This document shows, one piece after another, positions 36,724 to 49,600 of a stretch of 64,000 nucleotides of DNA. Under the pieces are notes generated by a model. It was not told the DNA's origin and ran no database searches. It worked only from the letters and a program-made list of their open reading frames with translations. Each line of letters starts with the position of its first letter. Within the stretch, counting starts at the first letter, position 1. The DNA lies in contig CP154954.1 of NCBI GenBank assembly GCA_039621445.1, positions 44,805,847 through 44,869,846 on the forward strand, in the 5' to 3' direction. A program made the translations under genes and the position numbers. This DNA is from Euglena gracilis. Lineage: Eukaryota.

Positions 36724-39700
36724 CACAACAACACACACAAACACACACACACACACACCACACAACACACAACACACACAACTCACACACACACACACAC
36801 ACATAACACACAGGGGCAACACACACACACACACACACAACACACGAACAACACACACACACGCAACACACGCACACACACACACACACAACACACATAC
36901 ACACAACACATGCACAAAGCCCCACCCGGGGCCAAGGCTCTCCCGCACCGCTGCCAGGCGCCGGCAGGCCTCCCCCACCTCTGGGTGGTCCGCTCCCAGC
37001 ACCGCAGTCTGCGCGTCCATCGCCTGCTGCAGCAGCTGCGCCGCTTCCTTCAACTGTCCCCGGCGGTGCAGGTCCAGGGGGGTGTGCCATGGCAAGTGCT
37101 CACCAGGGAGCGGGGAAGGAGGGAACGTGGTCTCCGGTGTGAGACGGAAAAGACGGCAAAATCAAAAAACTGAATACAATCATATCAGCGTTCCCCCTCC
37201 CCTGAAGGTTGTTCGGCGAAAATGAGCACTGGGAACAAGGACCAAATTGACACTCGGGGACTGATTGTGCCTGTCAGCCTGTCCACTGCATGAACACTCA
37301 GCGTACTGCCCGACCCATGCACCGAAGTCCGCCCGGCAAGCCTCTCTGCTGAGGTCCGCCGCCACACACAGAGCGCCGCCCTGCGTCACCTTGCGGTGCT
37401 TCCAGCCGTACATCTGGACGTCGCCCGGGCAGGCGTGCCTCACCCGGCGCCCTCAGCACACGGCAGCCTCCCCGTGGCCCGCGCGGCGGACACATGCCAG
37501 CGGAGTCAAAGGCACGGCCGCCGCTGGCGGCCAGCCGCTGCTCCATCACGGGGCCCAGCTCGTCGGCCTGCCGCTCGCTCTTCACCATCTCCTCCGCCAT
37601 GTCCCAGAACGCATCCAGGGCTGCGGCGACCCACCGCACACTCCGCGTGCGCTGCAGTGGGGAGGGCATGCCAATGTGCCCGGTGATCACGGACGAAATC
37701 AACCACACACAAATTGTGTGTCAATGTCCTCTGACTGGTGCACGTGGACGCCCGGAGGGGACGGGGAAGGCAGGTTTCGCTTGGCCACGCCGGAACAACG
37801 CATTTGTGGGGAGTGTGTGGAGCCGACGAGCTGGGGGGCATCGAGAGGATGGAATGGGGTGACCGCGTGATGGGGGTGGGGGTGTCGAACGAAGGACCAC
37901 GGACGTGTCCCGGGCCGCCGCGGGGCGACGGCCTCCGCCTGGATCACGAGGAAGTTGGGCCCCAGCGGTGTGACGAGGCCGAGGCGGCTGGACAGCTCCT
38001 TGCCGGGGAGGTACGCGGAGGCGGTGACCCGGTACAGCTGCCCCGCGGGGAACAGCACCTCCTTGCCGCCCCCCGGCAGCAGCACCGGGCAGCAGTTGGC
38101 GCCAAGCGTCGCGCGGGAAGTCAGAACCTGGTGCGTGCGGGTTGCACTCAAATGGGGGGAGAAGGCAGGCGGAGGATCGATGCAGCAGACGTTGCGAAAG
38201 AATTTTTGGGGGAAGCTGATCCCACACCAAAATGCCTCTGTCACACGGAATAAAAAAACAACAAACACAACAAACTGCAGCACAATGAAAATGTGAACAA
38301 ACCCGTTTCGCCCCCAGTAGAAAACGCTTCAATCCCCCCTTGTGGCTTTTCCCATCCCCGATGAAAGCAGGTGACCATGACTGGTTGCCCCAAGTTGTAC
38401 TTCTCTGCCACAAAAAAAAAAACGGTTTGCCAGCCACCTCTGTTTGTACAAATCATGAGGTTGCCAGAAGTTTTAGCCCATTATTCTCAAAGAGGAGGAA
38501 TCCCCACCCTGGCAAGGCTTGTTTGGGGTCTTCGCTGTCGGCGGGGGTGACCACCACAAGGGCCTTCCGCGGGTCGCGGGCCAGCCAGTCCATCAACGGG
38601 GGCAGAGCACTGCCGGTCGGCCGGGAAGCAATGTCGGGGGGGGGGGGTGTTGGAGGGGGCCGTGTGACTCAGCTGTGGCGTTGCCATATGGCAATACCCA
38701 ATACCCCCTGAAAGGCTTTGGCCGGCAGAAAGTTGTCATCATCCTCAAAACATTGACGACTGCTGTCGAGGAGGTTGCACCTGGTGGGAATTTTGTGGGC
38801 AATCATTCCATGCCTTTTCCACCAACCAATTCACTTCAAACACCCTGGCCGTACAATTCTTTACCAACCCCCGGGGGTCACTCCACTTTTTGAAAAACCA
38901 GGCAATCACTTTTTTTGGGAAACCAGTCAGTCACTATCCCCCTGGGGGGGGGGTCGGCCACTCTGGAGTCCAAAAGGAAACTGACCAAAAACATGCAAAA
39001 AAAGCCCAAAAATTTTCCGGCGCCTTCGGCGCCGGGTCACTTAGTGGTTTTTTGCCGACCCCCCCCCCCCAGGGGGGAAAGGGATCTGGACCAAAAACCA
39101 GTCAGTCACTCTGAAAAAAACCAGCCACCCCCCCTGGGGGGGGGGGTCGTCCAGTGACTAAGTGATTGGCTGACCCTGGCAGGCAGCAGAAGCGGAAATG
39201 CAAAAGACGGGAGTCAGCTACGTTTTGAGAGACCCCCTTGTATGCCTCAATCACATTGGTTTGCCCTCCTTCCTCGCCCGGAAGCATTTGGCAGAGGTGG
39301 CTGCGCTGGGTGGTGGGGGGTAACATTGCGCCCTTGAAAACAAACACAAACAAATTAAACTCAAGAAATAACGGGGGTGTGCTCCCATCTGCCAGCACTG
39401 GGGGTGGCCGGGCCCTGGTGGGCTTCGGGGAGGTCGCCGCCAGGGCGACGTCGCGGAAGCGGAAGAGGTGCAGCAGGCGGTCGCCGCCGGGGACGCGGCG
39501 GCACATCTGCTGCGCCTCCGCCACGTTGACGACGCAGTACGAGGCCCCGCGGTGGCGGTGCTTGAGGGACAGTGACTGCCGGCAGGGGCGGCGGCGGTGG
39601 GGCCCCGGTGGTTGGCAGGGCCGTGGCCACCAAGCGCAACAGGACCACACAACCTGGCAACCCAATGGGAAAATGGCACAGTTGCAGGCATCGGAACATA

Positions 39701-42700
39701 TCTCACCCAATGCACCCGCAGATGTGTGATATGATTGGTACGGGGTGAAAGGATCAGACGACAACATATGATATATGATATGCCTATCCCACAATAAAAA
39801 GAGATTCAAATCTCTGTCTGAGCACCAGAAAATGGGGAATTGCCCATTGTGGTAATTGTGGTTAATTGGCTTGGCGGTGATTAGACAAATGCAGTCTACC
39901 ACTATCGTTGGCGAGGAGTGCAAGGACTGCACCATTACCCCGATGCGAATTTTTTTTATGCAGCTGAAAGATCACGTCGTTCATTTTGTGCTGATTCAAA
40001 AAGAATGTAACCCCCCCCCAAATAACTTGGCGGGAGGGGCCAAATAACTTGGCGGGGGGAGGGGCAAAAAAGATGGTTCCAATAACTTGGCACCCCCCTG
40101 TTTAGGCAAAACTCTTTTATGGTGCTGAAAAAAAGGCCCAAAAACCTGGCGGGGGAGGTAGGGCCAGAAGTTGGTTCCAGTAACCTGGCACCCAGCCAGG
40201 TTACTTGGGGGGGGGGGTTAAGGAAAATACTTTTCCCGAGCACAGAGGCTGCAATGTGCATGACTTTTCAGGGTTTACTGTTGCGATTTTTTGTGTATAA
40301 ATCTTTTCATGGTTCTTTTCGAGGCAAATGCAGCGTCAGCAAAGGCCTGAATCGTCATCAGCCCTAATCACAGCCTAGGAGTCATTTCAACACCTGAGCT
40401 ATGATTCTCATATCAGTGGAGGATCTGCACCAAAAAAATGAAAAGGGTGCTTCGTACTGAGAAGACAAAGAAAAAGAAAAAGAAAGAGTAAAAGACAATT
40501 TATTATTTTACTTCTTTTATTTTATTTTGAGCGCCTTAATATAATTCGAGGCACTTGGAGGCAAAAAAAGACTGTAAAACAAATATGCAACCAAATGAAG
40601 GTTCTGGACAAATGAAAAATTTTCGAGAAAGAAGAACTCAAAAAATACACAAGAAAAAGACTACCAAAGAGATAAAGATGGGTGGGAACCAGGGGAGGCG
40701 ACGATGCCACAGACAACAGGGGAGATACTTGAAATACCATACCTCATCAGCATCCTTGCAAGATCCTTGCAATCACACATCAGCATTCTTGCAAGACTTC
40801 ACAAAACAAGGAAACCCCTGGACGCATGCCCCAATGCAGCAGCTTCATGAATGGTGCGAGCTGTTGTCCCATCGCTGCATCGCGGCCGGCCGAGCTTGCC
40901 TGCCACCTGGTGAAGAGGTGACCAGACTGGGTTAGGCAATCAAACTTGAGCTGCTGAAAAAAAAGCTGCCGCGGGCTGGACCCTCCTGGTGTGTGTCTTT
41001 GGCTCCGCACTGACAGCCCAGCGGGGAGTGAAACAAGCCCCGCCGGGCGGAGTGGGCCATCGGGATGGCGCGGTGCAGGAAGCACTCCGAGCCCAGCAGG
41101 GAGAGGGCCGCGGCGGTCAGGAACTCCGGCTCCGCCGCCCAGCGGGTCGCCAGCCGCTGGGCGAGGGCCGCCGCCGGCGCATGGCTCCGCCACGTCACGC
41201 CCTCCACCAGCTGCCCGCGTCGCCCCGCAGCCCCCTTGTCGCAGGGCAGGGGTGGCGCGCGACGGAGGTCCGCGTGCGCGTGACGAGGGGTGGCGTGCGC
41301 GGCGGGGGCGCCGTGCGTGGAACGAGGGGCCGTGCACGCGTCCCCAGGGGGCGTGCGTGTGTGCGCGACGAGGGGCGGCGTGCGTGACGAGGGGCCGTGC
41401 GCGCGACGAGGGGTGGTGTGCACAGCTTTGGGAGTGTGCATGCGATGTGGGGGCTGGGCGCAGCAGCCAGGCGGCGTAGTCCTGGTCCTGCGTCAGGAAG
41501 GCCGCCTCCGCCCGCAGTAGCCCACTGACGATGCCGTTGAGCACCGCCTCCGAGCGGACGATGGGCTGCGGGCACGGCTCCAGCTGGAGCCTGGCTGTGT
41601 CTGTTGGGTTCATGACGGCGGAAACACCCCGAGCCAAAGAGTCGGCCGACCATCAAAAAAGCCACACAATCGTTGCACAAATGAGTAACCCCTGACCCCA
41701 AATACAAAGTCCCCCAGGAGGTTTGGCTTTGCCACTTAAATAAAAATAAAATAAAGCCCCCCTATATGCAGCCAGACGATGGTGCAATTCAGGAAAAAGC
41801 AGATTTTGGGGGGGTGCAACCTTTTTTCCACCAGAAATGCTCCAATTTGATGGAAAAAAAAATTGAAAGAACATTTTTGGGGAAAACAAGAGGTCCACAA
41901 CGAAATTTGGCATAAAATTGGTGTTTGACTGCAGTGAAGGCCGCCAATGTTTGTATTGCCCACCCAGAAAAGTTTGATCCCCCCCCAAGTGTGAAGCCCA
42001 CCCTGAGCAACCCACATATCAGTGGGGTAGGGCTTTACATTTGCAGGGGTTTAACCAAATGGGGTACCCCTTTGCTGCAGAAGGAGGGTGCGCGGAAAGG
42101 GCGTGGAGCGGGGCCGTGGGGGACCGTCGGCGGCGGGCACGGCAAGGAGGTCGAAGAGCAGCACGCCGGCCTTGGAGCGCTTGGGCCGCAGGGCGACGAA
42201 GGGCGGCGGGGTGGGCGGCCACACCGTCAGCGCCTGCCGGCACGCCACATTGTCCCCGACGAGGTCCGCCGCCGGCAGGGGCCGCCGCCGTGGCGGGGGA
42301 CTTAAGACTTAAGGCGAGGGATTGAAGGTCTGCTGGGGCCTTCCTGGGGGTGGTGAGTCTTTGGAGGGCAATCGAAATTGGCTGGGGAGGTTTGATTTGG
42401 GGGGGGGGGCAATAATTAGAGGGGCGGGAGGGGGGGGGGCGCAAAATGGCGCAGAGGGGCAGGGTTATGGTGGAGGAGGCTCGGTGGGGGAGACTGTGGA
42501 GCCTCCTCAAACGTACTCGAAAGACATTCGATGAGGCTCGAGTCTCCTCAAATGTGGTTCAAAGACGTTCGAGGAGGCCCGGGAGCCTCCTCAAACCACC
42601 TCAAACATAATTTCGACCGAAAGACAAACCATATATTTTTAACTAATAACTGTTCGGAGGGTCCTAAAATAGTAATATCCCTGTTGCCACATACGCCAAA

Positions 42701-44577
42701 GATGTGCAACTCCCCTTTGTTGTGCAAGTCCTTTTCATAGGCAACTGTTCACAGAAGGGCGCAAAAAACCCTCATGCATGTATGTAGGAGGAGGCTCTCC
42801 AGCCTCCCCGAATGTCGTTTGAGGTGGTTCGAGGAGGCTGTTAACAGCCACCCTTGGAGGGGCTTAAAAACGTTCGAGCTCGAGCCTCCTTGTTGTACTG
42901 CCTGGTGAAGAGCTCAGTCCACTCAAGGGTTGCTTTCATTTGGGGTCACCAATAACGGTCTTGGTTAGAATTTGGGGGAGGGTCGCTGAGTTCTTATCTC
43001 TTTGGAGGAAGAACGAAGCTCACCACGGGGGCGGTCTGATTTACAGGGGGTCCATGGGGCATTTTTAAAACCGATCCGTTTGAAAAATTTGTGTCTTCGT
43101 TAAGCAGCCTAATTTGGTCTCCCCCCCCCAAATGGGTTCGCAGATCAGGGGATATCTTGAGGACCCCGGGGGAGGGGGGGAGGTCCCGCAGGCTGGCTGG
43201 AAAAAAGGTGCTGGCTGTGCCCTCCCACAGGGTGGGGGGTCCAGCCGGCTGGGAGCTGGACCCAGCAGGCTGGAACCAAGAAAAATGCCCCCCCCCCCCC
43301 AACCAAATCCAGCTGGATTGGTGTTTTTCAGCCAAAATTTTGGGATGAAAACCCCAAAACCACCCAAAAATTCCATTTTTTTTGGCCATTTCTGACCCCT
43401 GTTTTCAAAATTTTTTAGTGTTTTGCGGCAAAATTTTTTTCGATCCTGCCCGGCTTTGCCTGCAGCTCGGCTCAAAGAGATTGTGGGTTGAAAACCAAAA
43501 TTTAATTAAGTGCAAATCCATTCCACAAAAGAAAAATAAATTAATAAACATTAATTAATAAACAAATTAATATCCCTTCCATAACACAATTTATTAAATA
43601 GCATCGATGAATATTTTGAAATAATCGAAGCCAAGCTACGACTTGGGCCCGCGAAGACATCCAGTTCTGCAAATCGGAAAGAGGCGAAAATGGTGGAAGA
43701 GGTGGCAGAGGCCGGCAATGAACATGCGGGGCCTGGGGGGGGGGGTGGTGGGCCCTGGGGGGGCTCTGGCCCTGTGGGGTGAGCAGTGCCGCGGGGTCGA
43801 AGTGGCGGTCGAGGGCGACGTGCCGGTCCACGAGCAGCGCGAGGCAGTCCGCCGCCTTGGCAGCCGCCGCATTGTGCAGCGCGTAGTTGCCCTTGCCGGG
43901 AGGGGCCCGCCACCACGAACCGAATTTCTTATGGCTCAGCCTGGATGGTCCACCCCCTGGGGGGAACCGCAACCCGGGGAAGCTCTTTGCTCGGATAAAA
44001 TGCTGGCGAACAGGACCCAACCCCTGGCTCCGGCTAAAGATGCCCCCCAGACGTGCTTTGGCGCGTGACACCATTCTTGCTCAAGTTCAAAGCCCCAAAA
44101 AACCGTTCACAACCGCTCTGTCATTGAGAATCAAGAGAAATCGCCCAAAACCAAGCCCCACAGCCGAGGCCCCTCGGCGATGTCGCGGGCCATGAGGGCC
44201 TCCGGCTTGGCGTCCAGCAGCTCCTGTAGGCTGGGGACCAGCAGGCACCGCTGGGGCCCCGCCACGTCGTACACGAACTGCGCCGGGGACGCCGGGGGCC
44301 GATGCCAGGGCCCCCGCCCGTTTCGGCGGCGGCAAAGAGCTCCCCCCCCCAGCGGCCCCCACTCTTTTTGGGGGCTTCTCAGAAGCACCGAGAGACCTTG
44401 CTTCCCCTCCCAACCCCCGGGGTGTGGAGTTGCAGCTCCGTGCCATGGTTGCCCAGCGCAGGAGTGCAGGGGGCCCCAACCGAGGCCGGCAAGTGCTGAC
44501 CCGTATTGACGGCGGGGGCCTGGGCGGACGATGGCGGTGGCCTTGCCATAGGCATCCTTGCCCTCGGCGGGAGGCAT
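31194..44577 (-). CDS. Ankyrin repeat + ADP-ribosyltransferase-like domain + multiple TPR (kinesin-light-chain-like) repeats, C-terminal CCVLQ; about 25 exons
   Basis: Start MPPAEGKDAYG (44577). Ankyrin-like GNYALHNAAAAKAADCLALLV (~43890). ART-like AALSLLGSECFLHRAI (~41090), GATSST (~38770) and KEVLFPAGQLYRV (~38050). TPRs include EAAQLLQQAMDAQTAVLGADHPEVG, EALAMYERAL, ALELCSKALDIKVRALGEQHDDVALSY and AVDMYERATEVLRKHFGAKHP. Stop at 31194. Confidence 0.75.
36690..36910. repeat. (CA)n-rich microsatellite within a TPR-gene intron
   Basis: Read directly. Confidence 0.9.
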
Positions 44578-45559
44578 GGGGGCGGTGGGGTTGGGGCTGC
44601 GGCCACAGCGAGGGCAGGGCAAGCAGCACCCCCCCTCCGCTGGTACCTCCAAACAATACAGAGGGTGGATGTAAGCCCTGCGGTAGTCCCAGTTGTTGTT
44701 GTTTTTTGGTGAACGGCAGAAAGACCACAAACAACGATGCGTTCGCAGGCCAACAGGGCCGGTCACCCAAAGAACACAAAACGATGTGATAATGAGGTTT
44801 TCTATCGAGACAATGCCCCACTGAGAAGGGGACGTCTGGACAAGCAAGCAAAGCAAATGTTCGGATACAAAAAAAAGTTAAAAATATCTTGCAAAAATGA
44901 ACCAACAAAGCATGTTTTCAAAAAAAAATATACTGCGAAATTTGTTTTTTTTAAATATACAATTTTTTTGACTTTTCAAATCTGCAGGTTCAATCCAAGA
45001 TGACAACTTTCCTACGCATCAAATCAGCCATGAGGACACCCCCCTGAGGAATCTGTGCCCAGACAAATCAGCGAGCACAGAGGTAGGGGACAGGTCCTCA
45101 TGAGGACAGGTCAGCGACAGGACAGTTTCCCAAGAGACAGAGGGAAAAAATGAGATTTCTCGGCCACTGGTAGACAAAAGAAAGGAACTGCAGAAAAGAA
45201 AACTTTTGCACGTAACCCCCACTAAATATAAAGCCCCCCAAATATTTGGTTTTGCCACCCAAATATGGAGATCTCCAATACAAAGCCCGGCGATGGTGCC
45301 ATTCAGGAAAAGCAGAAAAATTCGGGTAAATTTAGCAATGGTTACCAGCAACGTCGGTTCAGACAAAAAAATTAAATTCTCGGGGAAAATAGGAGGTGCA
45401 AAAACGTTGGTATAAAATTGGTATTTGACTGGAGTTGAAGGCCATCGAAACTGGTATAGGCCACCCAAAAAAAGCTTGATCCAACAAATATAAAGCCCCC
45501 CCTTGACAGTCTTGAAATCCCGCCCAAATATAAAGCCAGGGGGGGCTGTATATTTGGGG

Positions 45560-46400
45560 GGTCGGTGAGCTCTTATCCCTTTATGGGTAAGAGCGAAGCT
45601 TACCACCGGCGAAACCCCCCCCCCCCTCGACTCCCCCCCCCCCGGGTCGGGGCCACCAGGAGAACCGACGGATTATCATCATGATCCCGGCCCGGTTCCC
45701 GGAATTTTTTTTTTTCAGTCGCGAGCGACTGGATTTCTAGTTTCCGAATCACCTGGGTTTAACCCCCAACTCCCCGCCAGGCCCGAGTTATTCACGCGCG
45801 AAGGGGTCCAAACTGGGTAGGATCGGCCCACCCCCCCTTTTTAAGCCCCCCCTCCCTTTGGACTCTGCCATTTCGGCCAAAAAATGTCAATTTTCAAAAT
45901 ATCTCCGAAATGAAGCCAAATCAAAGGGTTTTCGGCGCAGATGGCCGTTTTGTACACTTTTCCCTCTGTTCGACTTGGGGGATTTCGGGGGGTGCGGGGT
46001 CAAAAAATCGATGTTTTCAAAATTTCTCGAAAATGATGCAAAATCAAAGGAAATGTCCGGAGACCTAAATTGAAGCCCTTGGAACGCTCTATCTACTGGG
46101 ATTTTGGTTTCCCCACAACTCCCCGCGTAGCCCGAGATACGGGCGTTTTTTTGGTCCAATTTGGGCCATTTCAGGCCATTTTGTATATTTTTCCCTCTGT
46201 CCGACTTAGCCGTTTTCGGCCAAAAAAGTCGAAAAAAAGCGAAAAAATTTGTTTTGCCCGAAACGATGTTTTTTGGCCTCCCGGACCCAGAAAAACTGTT
46301 TTTGAGCTGAAAACGAGCGTTTTTCGACCCCCCCGGCGCCCCGTTTCGGGCACAAAACCCTTGCATTTCAGTCAAAAGAGCTCCATGGAGTGGGCGCTTA
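45560..46400. repeat. Dispersed repeat family (opposite-orientation copies ~1-600 and ~49990-50372; partial ~42988-43030, ~48600-48800)
   Basis: Shared motifs gagctcttatc...aagagcgaagcttaccac, gattatcatcatgatcccggccc and cagtcgcgagcgactg. Confidence 0.65.
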
Positions 46401-46689
46401 TCAAGAGCTCAGCACTATTCAAAACCTGGTTATTCACGATGAGGAGCCGTATAACAAATATGAATAATTTTAATCAAATCAAAAAAGTGGATTTTTCAAA
46501 AAAGGTGAGAATTTTCAAACAAGGTCAACTGGTGTTGACATTCTCCTGGGGGGGGGGGGCGGCAGGAAGGCGACACTTTCCTGGGCAAAAAGGCGACAAA
46601 TTCCCCGGCAGGATGGAAACAACTTCACGGGGGTGACAACCTCCTGAGGTGGAAGAGGTTGGCATGAAAATTCTAACATGCCATCTTCT

Positions 46690-49600
46690 ATCGATATTTG
46701 TATGATTTTCCATTTTGGTTCCACCTCCAGGAAGTCCAGGAAGTTTGCCTCCACAGAAAAAAACACCCCAACATTCAACTTGTTTAGTTGCATTCGAATT
46801 GTGAAAACACCATTTTTGAATCTGGGTGTTCCTCCCTGACTGATTGTGTTTTGGTTTGGTGGTTGGTTTGAGTTTTCTCATTCACTACCCCCCCAAAAGA
46901 CCCCCCCTGGACTGATCGACCAAAATCCCAAAATAAGACCCCCAATTTTAAGACCCCCTCTGATGGCGCGAAGCGCCGGGGGGGGGGAGAAATGGTCCCT
47001 AAACATTACGAAACACACTCTTTCACGCCCAAAAATGATGATAATTGTGATATTTTGACAATTTTGAAACAAAAAAAGCAGGAGGAATTTCAATTTATAC
47101 CAATTGACATATGGCGCGGAGCGCCGAAGGAAAAATAGTGGTGTTTTTTGGAAACCTGAAAAATGATGGTTTCGGTGCCGAGTTCGTCAATAAAAAAAAT
47201 GCGACACTGCTTGGAGGTTTCCAATAATGGACCCAAAAAATAACCAGGGCCATATTTTTGGGGGATTAAATTTCCCCTTGCCTCCGTCTTTTTTGTGCAT
47301 TCAGCAGAATACTGTGTCACCGGGGAGCAAGATTGTCCCACGTTTTTTTTTGTTTACACCAAGCGCATCCTGGCGTCCTGACCTCGGTTTGGTGTCACTG
47401 TTCTGCTCACGTGTTGTGGTTGTCAGGGTGATGGCAGTCAGGGCCTCGCTGAAGTCGGAGGTTGTTCCCTCTCATCAGGGAGGGGCTGGGCTGACCCTCC
47501 AGGGAGTTCCGCAGCCGTTCCCCCCCCCCCATCAAATGATTTATTTCCTGTCCGGCCTCACTTCGACAACTGGACAATGATGAACATTTGGCCAGTGGCA
47601 GGTGCAAAAATGCAAAAAAAGGCAGAAATGCACCAAAAATCAAAGAATGGGTTGAAAGTGTGCCATTGTGCTCAAGCTTTAGAAGGGCTGCAGGGTTCGG
47701 GTGGCCATGTGAACAATGAGCCAGTCATCTTTGGACCCCCTCCATGTGTGCCCATATATGCTTGCTTGCTGGGCAGGAAGAAAAGATGGGAGAACGTGAA
47801 TGGTTGCTTGCAAACAGAAACACACGTTTTATGAAAATTGCAACAGTCGCAGAAAACACTCCAATTCTTTTCCAACCCTATGTAGCAACCTTTTGGCCGG
47901 TTTTTGGCCCACACCCAAATACCCCCAAATGTCAGCAACCCTGACTGGATGACATGACAAACGTTTTATGAAAACGGCTGGAAGTTGGAAAATTCAGCGA
48001 CACTCCAAATTTAAGCAACCCCGAAAATACAAGCAACCTCTGAAGTGATTTTCGGAAATATAAATCGACTGGTTGCTTATATTTGGGTAAAGGGGGTTAG
48101 CCCATGCTTATATTTGGGGGTTGTTCACAGAGGGGAGTTACTTATTGGGGTAACACAACGATGTGATTGGGATGGGGATAATTGTTCAGGGACCAAAGGG
48201 GCGAACGTCAGACATGGAAACCCACCTGGTCCCATGTCGGTTGGGAGCTGGACCTGGCAGGTTCCCCCCAAAAAATGCCCCAAAAAGCCCAAATCCAGGT
48301 GGGTTGGCATATTCATTTAAAGACCGGAGGTGAGAACCTCCAAACCACCCAAAATATACATTTTTGGCAATTTCTCGACCCCATTTTCAAAACAAAAATT
48401 GGCTCTTTGAAGATTTTCGGTCCAGCCCGGTTTTTGGACCCATCTTTATCTCAGCGGACACCTCAAGGGGGGGGGGGGTTCGCAGCCTGGCTGGGAGGTG
48501 CTGGCTGGAAGAAAAGCTGCTGGCTGGCTGGACCCCCTGGGGGGGAGCAGGGTTGTATGGGAATCTCTGAGATGGGGGGACCCCCTCCTACCTCTAGTTT
48601 TCGGTCGCCGAAAATTTCGACCGTTTTTTGGGGGTCCAAAAAGCAATTTTTCTGAAATATCTCGAAAATGATGGGGAATCAGAGGAAATGTCAAAAGACC
48701 AAATTGAAGCCCTTAAAATGCCCCATCTAACAGTATTTTGATTTCCACTCAACTACCAACCAGTCCCGAGTTACGGCCATTTTTTGTCCATTTTGCCAAA
48801 ATTGCACGTTGAGCCTCAAAAAAGTCCTAAAATACACACCTATCACGAAGCGCCGGAATTTTTTTTTTGCCCCGCAGAGGAGGGGGAGGGGGGTGGGGCG
48901 ACCCCCTTCCGAAACTGGGGGGGGACCCCTACCACGTACGTCATGTCTGTGGAGCTTCCCATACAACGCTGCCGGGGGGTCCCCTCTGGCTTCAGAAAAC
49001 CCTGTAAACCCACTGTGCCACTCAAAAGGCTCCTTGCCAAGTGCCCTTCCAGGGCCGGATATGGGTGCCTTGGAGCGCCTGCCCAGGGAATGTGGAACTG
49101 CCAACCCCCCTCTAGAGGCCCTCCCCAGAGCCCAGAGGGTGGGATTGGCCAGGACAAAAAAAATCGGCCGCGAAGAACGACAACCCGAGGTCTTCAGCCA
49201 AAACCTTCCATGTACAAGGGTCGGGGAGCGGCGGCGACAGCTGCCCCCCCCCCTCCTTGCCTGAACAAGGCAAGAAGCCCCTTTCGCCAGGGGCCAACGG
49301 CCACGGAGGCCACCTCCCAAAAAAAATGCTTTCCTCGGTCCAGAGTCCAGGCTTTGTCCGCCCAGGAACCCCATTTACGAGGGTCAGAGGGACACTGCAG
49401 CACTTTGAAGAGGGGCATGGCCAAACCCCAAAACCCTTGACTGACAACAACACATTGCATAAGATGCCATCACCGTCCCCCCCCCCCCACAGGAGCCTGA
49501 AAACAGGTCACTGCAAAGGGAGAAAGGGGGATGGGTTCACTGCAGGTCAAAAGGGTTGCTGACTTGGGTTTTGCAAAAAAAAATCCCTGAACAGTGGAAG

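Noticed and set aside
35738-37225. 495-aa plus-strand ORF
   Set aside because: Antisense shadow of GC-rich TPR exons plus a (CA)n tract.
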